Positions 36,875 through 50,355 of a stretch of 64,000 nt of DNA are shown one piece after another; position 1 is the stretch's first letter; every line of letters begins with the position of its first letter. Below the pieces are notes generated by a model, which saw only the letters and a list, made by a program, of their open reading frames with translations, did not search any database and was not told where the DNA came from. This DNA comes from Zootoca vivipara (Eukaryota): positions 16,244,001 to 16,308,000 of the forward strand of contig NC_083281.1 in NCBI RefSeq assembly GCF_963506605.1. The letters run 5' to 3'. Both the position numbers and the translations under genes were made by a program.

Positions 36875-37737
36875 ATTTATTCATACATACGGTACATACA
36901 TACCTCACTTTTCCCCTGACAGGGAATAAAATAAGAGCAGCTAAAAACAGATAGAATAAAAATAATAAAAAAAACAATTAAACATTAATACAATTAAAAC
37001 TGTGTTTAATATATAAATAATATATTAAATAATATATTATTTATATAATATATAAATAATATGCACATATAAAATATATTGAAGTGGCATTGTAAGGGGT
37101 TGGACTAGTTGGCCCTTGGGGTCCCTTTCCAATTCTACAATTATTTGATTCTATTAAAATATAATTGCAAGAAATAACAACAACAACAATACTTAATGAT
37201 GATAATTTTAATATTTATATTCTGCCCCTCTGACTGGGTTGCCCCAGCCACTCTGGGCAGCTCCCAACAAAATATTAAAAACACACTGAAACATCAACCT
37301 TTAATAACTTCCCTGAACAGGGCTGTCTTCAGGTGTCTTCTAAAAGCCACCTGAAAAACAGCACAGCACCAGCCCTTTCACTCAAACCAGTCCGTTCCCA
37401 AAGACCTCTTGGAATAAAAGAGAATAAAAGAGGACAATGAGGAGGGAGCTGGTCTGACTTCTCTTGGAAGGGAATTGCGAGGATGCCTGGGAGCAATCAC
37501 CACCAAGAAGGCTGTATCCTGCGTTCCCACCAAGGGGACCTGAGAGGGTGTGGGGACTGAGAGAACGGCCTCCCACGAAGATCCCCAAACCTGGGCAGGT
37601 TCCTATGTGGGAATAGGGTCTTTCAGGTAGCTTGGACTTTGTAGGTCATAAGGAGCTCGAAAAATTAAATCCTTCAGGAGAGCAATTTTTTATTTGAGAG
37701 AATGCATAGTTATTTTAGCTGTGTAATGCTTTCTTTC

Positions 37738-37779
<42 letters not shown>

Positions 37780-40754
37780 ATTTTTGGCCAAACAGATTGA
37801 TTGATTGATTAATTAATTAATTAATTAAGTTGGTGCAACACTGCAGGGGGGGCTGGATGGATGTAGGCAGATTTAACGCAGGTGCCACTTAGAAGCAGTT
37901 TTGACGTGCGCTTGGGAAAGTTGTCCTACCAGCTACCAGTGCCAGGATTGCATGCAACTCGAGTCCAGCGTGAACCCTGGCGATTCCTGCATGGCAGGGG
38001 GTTGGACTAGATGGCCGTTGGGGGTCTCCTTCCAACCCCCCTGCCGTTTTGTGATTTGCCATCTGTGGTGGGGAAGTGTCTTCTTTCCCTTCTACTTCCT
38101 CTCTGAAATTCTCTTTACAGTGGTAGCTGGGTTACAGACGCTTCAGGTTACAGACGCTTTAGGTTTCAGACCCCGCTAACCCAGGAATAGTTAAGAACTT
38201 TGCTTCAGGATGAGAACAGAAATCTGGTGGTGCGGCGGCAGCGGGAGGCCCCATTAGCTAAAGTGGTACCTCGGGTTAAGAACAGTTTCAGGTTAAGAAC
38301 GGACCTCCAGAACGAATTAAGTTCTTAACCAGAGGTACCACTGTTATTTATTGATTGGGTTTCTACCCCACCTTTTTCTACAAGGGGCTCAAGGTGGTAA
38401 AACATGGGTTTCCTCCCCACAACAACCCTGTGAGGTAGGTTAGACTGGGAGGCAGGGACTGTGGCCCAAGGTTGCCCAGTGACTCAGCTAAATTTATTTA
38501 TTTTTCTTCTTTGTTCCATAAAGCTTGTTTAAAAAAAAACAAAAAAAAAAACCTCAAACCAGTTTAAAAAAAGGTAAAGCAGTAAAAGCAAGACAAGCAA
38601 ACAACCACACACTGAAGCATACAAAAGACAAAATACTGAAACAAATTAGTCATGGCCGAGTGGGATTTGAACCCTGGTCTCTACCAGGTCAAGAGTCCAG
38701 CGCTCTGACCACTATGCGGCACTGCCTCTCTTAGGTGTGCAAGGCTTGTGAGCAAGATCCCCTGCGTATTCAAATCCCCTTCTTACAGGTGCCGAATGTG
38801 TGAACGCTTGCATGTGTTTGCGTCCTCTGAAACAAAGTTCCCTCTTGTGTTAGGAACCGTCTTGCATGTGACAACCCTTTAGATATATGATAGCCACCTT
38901 CGGATCCCTGCAGGGGAGGAGATGGAGAGGAGATATGCATCTGAAGGGCTGTCACATGGAATTTGGATCACGCTTGTTTCCTGCTGCTCCGAGGGCGGGA
39001 CCTGAACCAACGGAACATTAGTAAAGACTTCCTGACTGTAAGAGCCGTTCAGGAGTGGGACAGACTACGGTACCTTGGAAGCATGGAGGTTTTTAAGTGG
39101 GGGGGGGGGCCGCCATCTGCCGCGGATCCTTTAGCTGTGATTTCTGCATTGCAGGGGGCTGGACTAGATGCCCCTCGGAGGTCCCTTCGAACTCTAGAAT
39201 TCCACATGTCTATAACACAAAGCAAGTTGGGGTTTCTGGTGTTAAATGGCTGCAGGGAAAAAAAGAGAGAGTGTCAGGTGTCCGAACGTGGTACAGAGCA
39301 GAAGGGTGCAAGGGACAAATTCAGGATCCACAGATATGGGTGCCCATGTACGATGGCATAGCAAAGTGAAAAAAGTGAAAAGAAACAGACCCCTTGCGAC
39401 AGGTTGAAATTAAAACATGCCCATGACCCCCCCTCCCCAAATCCCAGAGGAACCCTTCATTTCACATTGCTAGCCAGGAACTTTCTCCTGCTTAGATTGT
39501 AACTGGCAACCCCTCTTGGGCCCAGATCCTTCTTGCAGGTTTCATTCCCATTAGGGGCATCCGGTCAGCCACTGCAAGAGCAGGACGTCGGATTAGGTGG
39601 GCCGCTGGCCTGATCATCAGCCGGGCCCTTCTTATGGAGCTGCCGCTTCCCTATGCAAGCAAGACACTTGTTTCCTCTTTCCTTCCGGGGGAGGCTGTGT
39701 GGCCAAGTCCCAGAAAGCATCCGCCCAGCTCTGGGTGCGAGGCTCTGCAGAAGCAGCAGCAGCTGCCTCCTCCTTGTTATGTAATAGCCAGCCCTCCCTG
39801 CCTTCGGTGCAGGAGGAGCAGGGCAGAGCAGCCTGCTCCCGCTTTTGGTTTTCTGCCGCCTGGCCCTTCCTTCCCCCTGTCCTTGAGCACATGGCAAGGC
39901 AAGAGGTGGTGGAGGAGGAGGAGGCAGACACATTGCGGGCCGTGTGCTCCGCTGCCCCTCCCTCCCTCCCTCCCTCGCTGGTGCTGGCAAGGTGGAACTT
40001 TGCGCAGATGCTCCGGCTGAAACCAGGTTGCCGTGCTCACCCTGGAGCGAGCCATGATTATTTACTTGCCATTCGCATGGTTCTCCTCCCCCTGTCCCTT
40101 TAAACCATCTCAAAACCGACAACCCTGCGAGGTAGGTCAGGGTGAGAGCAAGTGACAGTCCATTGAGCATATGGCCGAGTCGAGGATTTGAACCCTGGTC
40201 TCTCTCAGGTCCTACTCCCATCATCCTAGCTCAGGGGTCAGCAAACTTTTTCAGCAGGGGGCCGGTCCACTGTTCTTCAGACCTTGTGGGGGGCCGGACT
40301 ATATTCCCCCCCCCTTCGCCTCCTGCTACACTTTCTTGGCAGCTGCAGAAGCCACTATCGATTTCTCTCTCTGACCTCTTTCTCCCAAAACAGCAGAGAA
40401 GGAAGTGATGGAGCCTGTTTCTGGAAGGCCTTTCATGACAGCTTGCTCCTCCGTACAAAATGAAACCTGTCAGTAGGGGAAAAAATGGGGTGTGTGTGTG
40501 AAAGGGATCCAGCATGGTCACTTCCCCCATCATTCAAATCTTCTGTGTGCAAAGGGGTTGGACTGGATGACCCTTGGGTTCCTTCCTGATGACACCGTTC
40601 TGTGATTCGAGGAGTGTTTGGTCCTGGGAGCACATGCATGCTTCCAGCTTTTAAGTGCCAAGCACTGCATTGACCTCCTCCTCCTCCTCCACCTCCTCGC
40701 AAAGTTAAACTATGGAACTCCCTCCTGCAGGAGGCAGCGAGGGCCACCAACCTA

Positions 40755-41116
40755 CAGGTGAAACTCGGAAAATTAGAATATCGTCTAAAAGTGCATTTAT
40801 TTCAGTAAAGCAACTTTTTATTTTTTATTTTTTACAAATGCTTTCTTTTGGAAATTCCATGGTAATAAAACAAATAGTTACAACAATACAAAAATAAGCA
40901 AAAATAAATATCGCTATTACATTTAATTAATTACATTCCATTTATAATTGACCTGCCTAATGACAAATAATTACAATTACAACCAATAAAGGCTTGACAT
41001 AATCTTGCTTTGCATGTCATGCATCTATCTCATATATTGGTTTCACCTTTTAAATTGCGTTACTGAAATAATAAATTCACTTTTCGACGATATTCTAATT
41101 TTCCGAGTTTCACCTG
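40755..41116. mobile_element. Tc1/mariner-type MITE
   Basis: Perfect TIR caggtgaaactcggaaaattagaatatcgtc with TA duplication; it splits a CR1-type fragment. Confidence 0.88.
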
Positions 41117-41695
41117 TAGATGACTTTAAAAGAGGATTGGACAAATTCATGGAGGAGGAGAGGGCTATCGATGGCTACTAGCTAGCATGGCTCTGCTCTG
41201 CCGTCACGGTCGGAGGCAGCAAAGCTTCTGAAGACCAGTTGCTGGAAACCACAGGAGGGGACCACTTTTGTGCTCGGATCCTGCTTGCTGGCTTCCCATA
41301 AAGGGCATCTGATTGGCCACTGTGAGAACAGGATGCTGGACTAGATGGGCCCCCTTTGGCCTGATCCAGGCTCACAGCTCTTCTTGAGTTTTCCACACCT
41401 AGTTTCTTCTTCTTTAATGAATAAAGCAGGTGGTTTCCCCACGGTTAGTGAATCTGCAGATCCCTTAAAGACTCCCTCGAGAGGTAGTGGCCTCTACTTC
41501 ATTGGAGGTTTCTAAGCAGAGGTTGGGTGGTCGTCATGGATGCTTTAGCTCAGATTCCTGCATTGCAAGGGGGTTGGACTGGATGACCCTCGGGGTCCCT
41601 TCGAACTCAACAGTTCTACGATTCTAAGTTCTCCTGTTCCACTAACATCCTGCTTTTGTCTCTCTGCCCCTCAGGAACCCAGGAGAGTCTCAACC

Positions 41696-44600
41696 ATGCC
41701 TTCAGACAAGACCTCTCCGCTTGTGCACCCTTCTAAGCTTGGGAAGGAAAAGACCATCTTGTCTGGGTCCCTGAAGGCAGAGAGCTCCAACTCTGAGGGC
41801 CACATGGGACAGTCCAAACCCACGATGATGAGAGGCTCTGGCAGGAGGCCTCGCCCCCCTGCGAGTGAAGGGGAGAAGGACTCTGGATTTTCAGGTACAG
41901 ACCCTCCCAGCAGCTGCCCCCCTGCTGTCAGGCTGAGAGCCGGACCATGGGACTGCAGTGTGAGCAGAAAAGGAGGCCCTCCCCTCCCCTTGCTGCTTTA
42001 GCTCTGGCATCTGAGAGGCCTCATTGTCTAGCTCCTTGCAGCCCAGAGGCAGAGAGACTGGCTACTCGAGCATGGCAGCATCCTCTTTGGCCGCCGTTTT
42101 ATTTATAATTTTTTTTACACCGCTCTAAAGTAAAAATACAAACAAACCTTAAAGCGGTTTACAAGAAAAGATAAAGCAGCACACTTGTCACCAAGAAAAA
42201 GTACGCAACAACAATTTAAAAACTTTTCAAAAAGTTAAAATAATGGTAAAAACAGATTGGAACTCTCATCTGGGTAGGCGCTGCTTGCCCAAGTGAGAAG
42301 GTTTTTAGCAGGTGCTGAAAAGTGCACCGTGAAGCCACCTGCCTGATATTGTGAGGCAGGGAATTCTAAACTGCATTTGTATGTGGCTCCCACCCGCATG
42401 TCTCAGCCTGAGCACGTGCGGAAAGGGGGCAGCCAGAGACAGGCCCCAGAATGAATGTCGCCCTGGCAATAATGGTTTGGTTGCTCGATGGCCTGCTTCT
42501 AAGGAGAGGAAGCTGAATAATTTGAGAGGGGAATGTTAGTTCATATTTACTTGAGAAGGGGGCGAAGGATTTCCCTGTCATCCTGCAGCACCGACCTGAG
42601 AAAGTGCCACTTTTGAGAAAAAGAGAGAGCAAGCAACTTCAGAGGTTGATTTCAAAGGCCTGACGCCAAGCACCATGATCTGCAATTGTGGGTGCTATTC
42701 ATGGGTCCCCTGTGTTGCACCCTTTCCAAAGCTTTTGTTGTCTGACCAACATGTTTTGCATAAACCACACAAGTGCAGCTGCAACCGGTTGGAGTTTATT
42801 TTTATTTTTTAAAAAAATACCTATCTTGTGGGTCAACTAGGTTGTTGAGCAAGTTCACCCTGCAAATCACAGGTTTCCTTTCGCAGCTTGGTGCATTGCT
42901 AAGAAGAGCGGTTCTCTCCAGTCTCGGAGGTTGGATTTGGCTGGTGTAATGATATTCGCAGGGATAACCTCTGCTCAAGAGAGAGTTTCATACTTAAGAC
43001 GCTCTTAGATTGGCCGTCTCCTTAAGTTAGAGCAATTCCACATGGGCCACAGGAGTTGCTCACGGGGTAAATGGCGATGTGAACTGTCAGTGTCTTAGAT
43101 TTGGCATTCTGGTCTGTCGACTCCCCTTATAATGTAGCACTGGATTTTATTTTTATTTCTTTCTGACATTTACATCGCATCCTCCCCACCGTGGAGCCCA
43201 AGGTTGTGCACATGGTTCCCCATTCAGTCCCCACAACAACAACAACCCTGCAAGGTGGGTTGGGCTAAGAGGCAGTGACTGACCCGAGACTTCATGGCCA
43301 AGTGGGGATTCGAACCCTGGTCTCTCAGGTCCTAGTCCGGCACTCTAACCACTGCACCACACTGGTTCTCAGATACGTTTCTGCCCGGTTTAGATCGGAG
43401 GAGAGGCACCCGTCTAATCTCTTGCAAAGCCGTCCTCCTTGGGGGTTAGTGCAGGGGCTTCTCAGCAGACAGGGGTCAGGGGCTCCTGGATGAGGAAATG
43501 GGGAAGGGCTGCTGGCTGCTGCCGAGGTTTTAATGATTGCCCTGCTTTTTCCTTCCTGACTGCCTTAACCCCTCCTCTCCCCCATCCCTCTTTGGCAGAT
43601 GAGAGCTCGGAGCACCTGAGCGCCGTGGAGCAGACAGACGCGGAGGACCAGCCAGCCTACCCATTGCGCCAGGGGGGCGCGTTGCAGCGGGCGGCGCAGA
43701 AAGCGCATGGGGGGCTTGCGGGCGGAGCCTTCCCTGGCCTCACCCCCGTTTACATCGTCAAAAACGTTATCCTCAAACAGGTAGCCCCTTTTCACTCCCA
43801 GGCGTGACCCACTCATTGTCGTGGTCCGCTTTGCAAAGTACAGGAGGGAAGGTTCCTGCCCCGAGGGGTGTGCAAGTCATGGGACACCCCCCCCAGTGGA
43901 TTATGGGGAGGGGTGGAGTTTCACCCACCCGGTGGCCTTTTCCTCACTTTTGGTTCTTTGCTCTTCCTCCTCGCAGCCCCACGCAGCGTCCCCCACCACC
44001 CAGCTCTTAGCCTGGAACAGCCAGCACCCTCTCAGCAGCACCCAAGGCTCCCCCACCCACGTTCTCTTGATCCAGCCGCCATCAGGACCCTTGAAGCCGC
44101 TGTTTCCTGGCCAGAAGTCTCCCGCCAAGGAGGCTGCCTACCTCCCCATCCTCAGCACATACCCCAAAATTGCTCCTCACCCGGGTTGTGACCCACAGGT
44201 CAAGGGCCTGGAAGGGGGAGGAGGAGGAGGGTCCACCCCGGCAGGAGGGGCCAGCAAGAACAAACGCTTCTGCCTGGAGGAGGCCTGGGTGTCGTCGTCT
44301 GAAGCCGCCACCCCGAAAGGCAGCAGGGAGAAGCAGCGCAAGGAAGCGCCCCCCGCTTCCTCTGGCCAGCTCGCCTCCACCCTCCTCTGCCCGGAGGCGC
44401 TTTCCCAGAACACGGTATCGTCCTCCACAGGACTGGACTTGGCTGAGGGCAGGATGATCTCCAGAGCCTCCAAAAAGCTGGGCTGCAGCAGCTCGGGCAA
44501 GCAGCGCCGCTTCCACAACACGGTGCAGGTCCTACGGAAGTCAGGCCTGCTGGGCATCACGTTGAGGACCAAGGAGCTGATCCGGCAGAACAACAGCACC

Positions 44601-44882
44601 CAGTGGGAGCTGGCCCAGCTGCGGGAGCACGCCCAGCTCCTGTGCGAGGCCGTCCAGAGCAATGACTTCCGCGCCTGGGCCCGCCTCCAGGAGGCCATGG
44701 ACCGTTCTGCCAGCTATTGGGCCAAAAAGGGGGCTAGCTCCTCTTACACACATGTGTGGCAGCAGAGGCCGAAGGCCGAGACCACGGGCCCCACCACGGA
44801 GACCCCCGGGGAGCCCCTGCCCGGCTCACCGATGAGCCTGTCGCTCACGCCGGACACCTCGGTGCATGTGGCGCTGCCTTAG
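41696..44882 (+). CDS. CLOCK-interacting pacemaker (CIPC)-like protein, about 428 aa
   Basis: Exons 41696-41894 (..SEGEKDSGFS), 43599-43780 (DESSEHLSAVEQ..FPGLTPVYIVKNVILKQ) and 43977-44882 (YLPILSTYPKIAPHPG; KQRRFHNTVQVLRKSGLLGITLRTKELIRQNNSTQWELAQLREHAQLLCEAVQS..AWARLQ). These match recalled CIPC blocks. The total is 1287 nt in frame; AATAAA at 45645. Confidence 0.88.
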
Positions 44883-46139
44883 CTCCTCTGCCATCATGCC
44901 CTGGGCTGAAGGGTGTGGCTCCGGAAGAAAACCTCTTTGCAAGAATCTGTGTCTTGGCCACCAGGCCCTCAGCAACCCCAGCCTCTTGCCGTTGGTGAGG
45001 CTGAGGAGGCCATTGTGGAAGGCCGGATTAGGCCCCTCCTGACTGGACTGCTGACCCTTCAGGGGGTTTGTTGGCTGTTGAAGCCTGCTGTGTGCTTGTG
45101 GAAGGTTCCTGAGATAATCTTTGGGCTCCGATAAAATAATCTCAGCATGGGGAATGGGGTTGGGCTGGACTCTTGTTGGCCCAGTTTAGGATTGAAATAG
45201 CAGAGGAATTGTGTTCCTGGAGGCCGACAGGGCGAGGCCTTGGGCAGCCGGCACAGAAAGGTGCAACTGCTTTTGTATTGATTCATCCCATTTGCTCTCA
45301 GCTGGGATTTCGGAGCAGCAAATGTTTTAATATTTGAAACAGCCAGCCCTGAGAGGAAGATGGAGAGCAATATGGCCAAGGCCCATCTAAGGAAGTGTTG
45401 TATTTTAACTCATGCCTCTCTGGTAAGGAGCGCTCTCTCCTGCCCACTAAGTTGCTCCTTTGCTACAAAAGGAGTCTGTTTCCATCTTGACAGAATGGCC
45501 TCCGCTCACCCATTTTCTGGTTTTTGGGGAAGCGATGTAATGATGCTCTGACTGAAGGGTCTAGCGAGCGACATTCTGCCCCATTAGGAGTTCTGCCTCT
45601 GAAGCTTGCTTTGCTCCGCTGCCGACAGAAGATGGTCCAATAATAATAAAGAAATGATGATGATGGTGATGATGATGATAATCTGGTGTGTTATTAACTG
45701 CAAAAGGTCACCCCCCACCTCTTTCCATTGCTGTTTGTGGTGAGAAAGAGCTTGCTCCTTTGGGGGCTTGGGGGCTTTCCTCTAGGTCAGGACCCTTTGA
45801 AACCTGGCAGTCTCTCTAGTGAAATGGGACGGCGGGAGGGTAAGACGCTGGATTTCTTCCCTCTCCCTTTGCCAGTGGATGTTGCAAAGAAAACAAATGG
45901 GGGCTAGCTTTCCATTTCTGTCTTCACCTTCATTTGTTTGATGCCTAATGTGATTGAAATCGAATGCAAATAGTGTGTTGTGGATTTCTTCAGCTACTAC
46001 ACGAGTCAGCTTTATTTTGGTCCGGGGAATTATCAGTGCTGGATGCCTGATTTAGCAAGAAGATACTTGATCCAGTTTGCACTTAAAGGCGAACCCACAC
46101 AATTCACAATTTCCAGAACCACGCGAAAACTACGATTTT

Positions 46140-46545
46140 ATGGCATCATAAAACCTTTTAAATGTTTGCAGTGTGGAAAGAGCTTCATTCGGAGTAGTCA
46201 CCTCTCTAGACATAAAGTAACTCCTACAAAAAACAAACCTTACAAATGTTTGGAGTACAGTGGAACCTCGTGTTACGGACGGGATCCCTTCCGGAGGCCC
46301 GTCCGTAACATGGAACTGACAGAAGCCAAAGCGCCGCGTCTGCGCACGCGCATGGTGCGATTTAGCGCTTCTGCACGAGTGGCAAAACCCGGAAGTAACC
46401 TGTTCTGGTACTTCTGGGTTGCTGCAGGACGCAACACGAAAACACGTAACCTGAAGCGGATGCAACATGAGGTATGACTGTACAGTAGTGTGACAAGAGT
46501 AGCTCCCTGACTAAGCATCAAAGAACTCATAGGGAAACATCTTAG
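46140..46545 (+). pseudogene. Decayed C2H2 zinc-finger remnant interrupted by a Tigger-like MITE
   Basis: [28 protein letters not shown] before the insertion and CDKSSSLTKHQRTH after it. Confidence 0.6.
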
Positions 46546-46700
46546 AAGGGGTTGGAGTGGGGAAAGATCTTCAATCACACCAAGAGCTCCTAAAATAAGC
46601 AATTTTAGAATTTGCTTCTGTATCTCTGATTTTAAATTTCCTCACCTCACTCTTTTTAATCATAGGCTTTTGCTTGTTCTGAGGCCTTTTGAGTCCAGTT

Positions 46701-47246
46701 ACAGGTAGGTAGCTGTGTTGGTCTGCCATAGATGAAACAAAATAAAAAAATTCCTTCCAGTAGCACCTTAGAGACCAACTAAGTTTGTCATTGGTATGCA
46801 CACTTCTTCAGATATCACACTTCTTCAGATACCAAGAAACTTCCACAGGTACAGATGACATCTTTCTGACTAAATGCAAGAACCTGGGCATTATACCTAA
46901 GGGTCTTAGAATTAAGAACCCTCTACAATCCACTTATCCTATGGTGTCTGAAGAAGTATGCATGCGCATCAAAGCTCATACCAATAACAAACTTAGTTGG
47001 TCTCTTAAGGTGCTGTTGTTGTTGTTTAGTCGTTTAGTCGTGTCCGACTCTTCGTGACCCCATGGACCAAAGCACGCCAGGCACTCCTGTCTTGCACTGC
47101 CTCCCGCAGTTTGGTCAAACTCATGTTTGTAGCTTCGAGAACACTGTCCAACCATCTCGTCCTCTGTCGTCCCCTTCTCCTAGTGCCCTCCATCTTTCCC
47201 AACATCAGGGTCTTTTCCAAGGATTCTTACTGGAAGGAATTTTTTT
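46701..47246. mobile_element. Penelope-like element with inverted pseudo-LTRs, ORF N-terminal remnant and nested BovB (about 47014-47225, -)
   Basis: 15-bp TSD CTTTTGAGTCCAGTT at 46686-46700 and 47247-47261; peptide DDIFLTKCKNLGIIPKGLRIKNP; degenerate hammerhead at about 46943-46982. Confidence 0.8.
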
Positions 47247-47429
47247 CTTTTGAGTCCAGTTTGCCTCCAGGCCGCCAAACGTAATGCAGGTGGAGAAAAT
47301 GTTTATTATTTTTCATTTCATTTCCATACCCCTTTATATTTTAAAGAAAAATCTCAAAGCAGTTTACAGCATATTAAATCAATAAAACAATCCAGACTCA
47401 AACATTTCTGAAGAAAGTCAAATATATAG

Positions 47430-47692
47430 CTCTGTCCCAGCTCCTGCCAACCTAGCAGTTCAAAAGCACGCCAGTGCAAGTAGATAAATAGGTACTGCTG
47501 CGGCGGGAAGGTCAATGGCATTTCCGTGCACTCTGGTTTCCGTCGCGGTGTTCCGTTGCACCAGAAGCAGTTTAGTCCTGCTGGCCACGTGACCTGGAAA
47601 GCTGTCTGTGGACAAACACTGGCTCCCTCTGCCTGAAAGCGAGATGAGCGGTGCAACCCCATAGTCGCCTTTGAATGGACTCAACTGTCCAG
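47430..47692 (+). mobile_element. Sauria SINE, 5'-truncated
   Basis: Matches the body of the other Sauria SINE copies in the window. Confidence 0.8.
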
Positions 47693-48429
47693 GCAGTGGC
47701 GGAGGAAGGGGTGGGGGGTGGGGGTTGTGGTCTGCCCCCGGTGTCATCACTGGGTTTTTTTTTTTACAAAATGAGTTAATTTTTTTGAAATTGGGCTCAC
47801 AAAACTTTTTGGGAGTGGCGTGGTGGCTTAGGTGCCTGCAGGTTCTGTGCTGCCTGAAACGGCAGTGTGCGACTTGCGTCTGTCTACTGCCTCTCCCTCA
47901 GCTGCCCTGAGGGAGGCAGTGGAGAGGCTCCAAGCGCTGGAATCTCTTCTAAGCAAAAATCTGCTCTTATTCCCTTATGGGGTACACAAGAGCCTTATTG
48001 GGTTCTCCATCGGTCGGAGAATATATAACAGAGGCCAACCAGAGAAGTTTGAGAAGCAAAGCCTTTATTTGCTGTTGCAACAGGGTCCTTCCCCTCACGC
48101 AGGAGAACAAGGAAGGAACCCAGAACAAAAGAGAACCTCCACTTTTATCAGTTTTCCCATCACCAAGAAATGCCCCCAATACATCATTCCTACATCACAG
48201 CTATGTAATCAATACCTCACAAAAAAGGAGGGTTCAAGGTAGAAATCTGAGCACTTTTGACACCTCTCCTAGTCCTCCTATCACCCCTCCCAGGTGTGAA
48301 TTCCTAAATACAAAGAGAAATTAACATTTTTGTAAGAGTTTTGTAAGAGTTGATCACTGTCTTTTGTTCAGAGGAGTCTTCCATTGTGAATGAGATACCA
48401 TTGACAGGGAATTATGGCTCCCAAGTTGC

Positions 48430-48700
48430 TTGTTGTTGTTTAGTCGTTTAGTCGTGTCCGACTCTTCGTGACCCCATGAACCATAGCACGCCAGGCACTC
48501 CTGTCTTGCACTGCTTCCCGCAGTTTGGTCAAACTCATGTTCGTAGCTTCGAGAACACTGTCCAACCATCTCGTCCTCTGTCGTCCCCTTCTCCTAGTGC
48601 CCTCCATCTTTCCCAACATCAGGGTCTTTTCCAAGGATTCTTCTCTTCTCATGAGGTGGCCAAAGTCTTGGAGCCTCAGCTTCACGATCTGTCCTTCCAA
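48430..48700 (-). mobile_element. BovB LINE 3' fragment
   Basis: [31 protein letters not shown]...RTRLND with a (CAA)n tail. Confidence 0.9.
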
Positions 48701-49667
48701 GTTGCTAGTCATCTGGAAATGTGTGCATATGCTGATCCTTAAGCCTTCCTCAAGGCAGGGTTGAGTCCAAGCGGGAGGGGTGAGGGTCTTTGAAGCAGAG
48801 CGGAGACGGGGAAGATGGCATTGAACAGGATTCTGGGTATTGCAGTTGTCAAATTCGGTCACCCCTCTCTGTTCATTAATAATGGTGTCCTGATTCTCCC
48901 CCCCCCCATAATTTTCTACAACAAAACACTCACCCTGCCCCCATGGGCGTGGATCACCCCCCCTGGCTGCAGGATACCCACCCACCCCAGTTCCAGGCAC
49001 CCAAGTGGCTAGCTGCACCGCTGCATCCAGGGGTCCTTTACCTTTGCATATCAAAGCATCTATACTGTACTATTCTTTCCACTACAAGGGCCAGAATGGG
49101 GGCTGGACTGCTGCTGGTGTTAGGCTTGTACCTAATGGGAACAACCCACTAGCCTGAAGACTGACACAACAGCAAGATTAAAGGAAGTGCAGAATGCAGC
49201 GGATAGGGAGTAGATTTCAGGAAAACTGGTGGAAAGCATGGATAAATAGGCAAGAACTACCACGGATGAGAACAGCAACTTTGCTGGAGGAGAACCATCA
49301 GGCAGAGGCAAATCCTGTCTCGCCTATTTATTAGTTTTCCAAGAGTGTCCACAAGTGTTTAGATAGTGGCAATCCAGTCAGCATGGTGCACTTAGACTTT
49401 CAATAAGCTTAGGAAGCCCCCTGCTGGCAGCTTCTGAGTCAACTACTAGGCAGCAGGGATGTTAAGGAGGCTGTGATTTCGGCCCCATCCTGAGTTGGTT
49501 GCAATCTCTGCTATTTCCGCCCTGCTGCTGTTCAGCTAAAACGTTAATTGGCTTTGCTATCTGTGACGATCGAAACTGATGTAACAGATTCCATAAGCAA
49601 TTCCCATGGCCAGGACGCATCAAAAGCAACACAGAAGGTAATTAAATAAAAATACGGTAATAAATGA

Positions 49668-49913
49668 TACCCTGTTTCTCCAAAAATAAGACGTAGCCAT
49701 AAAATAAGCCGTAGCAGGATTTTTAAGTATTAAAGGAATATAAGCCATACCCTGAAAATAAGACATAGTGATAGGCGTAGCAGCAATGCCAGCTGTGGCA
49801 GGAGGAGGAGGAGGAAAAAAATAAGACATCCCCTGAAAATAAGCCATAGTGTGGGTTTTTTTTTTTTAGGAAAAATAAATATAAGACGGTGTCTTATTTT
49901 TGGAGAAACACTG
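49668..49913. mobile_element. Tc2/pogo-like MITE with internal aaaataagac/aaaataagcc repeats
   Basis: tgtttctccaaaaataagac ... gtcttatttttggagaaaca inverted termini. Confidence 0.65.
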
Positions 49914-50355
49914 TGTTATTTGCTCCCCTCCCTTCACCTTAAGGTCCCAGAGCAGGTCACAACATTGGAAATTTGTCCAAAACAACCTGGAATAATAAAA
50001 GCAAGGTGGGTCCTAAAAACAAGAGACCTCAAGTGACAAAAGGCCAGGGTAAGGGGGGGCATATTCAGCATCCTCTGGAGCTGAAGGTGCCAGGTGCAGG
50101 TACCCTCCTATGTTCTTCAGAAGAAAATAGGGACATTTCTCACCCCCCCAACTGACCCTATTTGACACACCCATTTTTTGTCCCCCACCCACAGAGCATT
50201 CCCTATCAGAATAAGGGCAAGCGCCGCCACCACTACACCAATGGGACACAGCTCACACACCCTCCTCTCTCTTGAGAAAACCCCTTAATCCTGATTTTAT
50301 TTCACTTTATTCTTTAGTAGATTTGCAAGAAGAAAAATGCACACCAATAAATTTT

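Noticed and set aside
43821-44882. 353-aa ORF as a stand-alone gene
   Set aside because: The first about 52 codons are intronic; the exon starts at 43977 and splices to upstream CIPC-like exons.
47990-48420. Possible minus-strand ERV solo LTR
   Set aside because: LTR-like composition and a poly(A) signal, but termini and TSD could not be defined.
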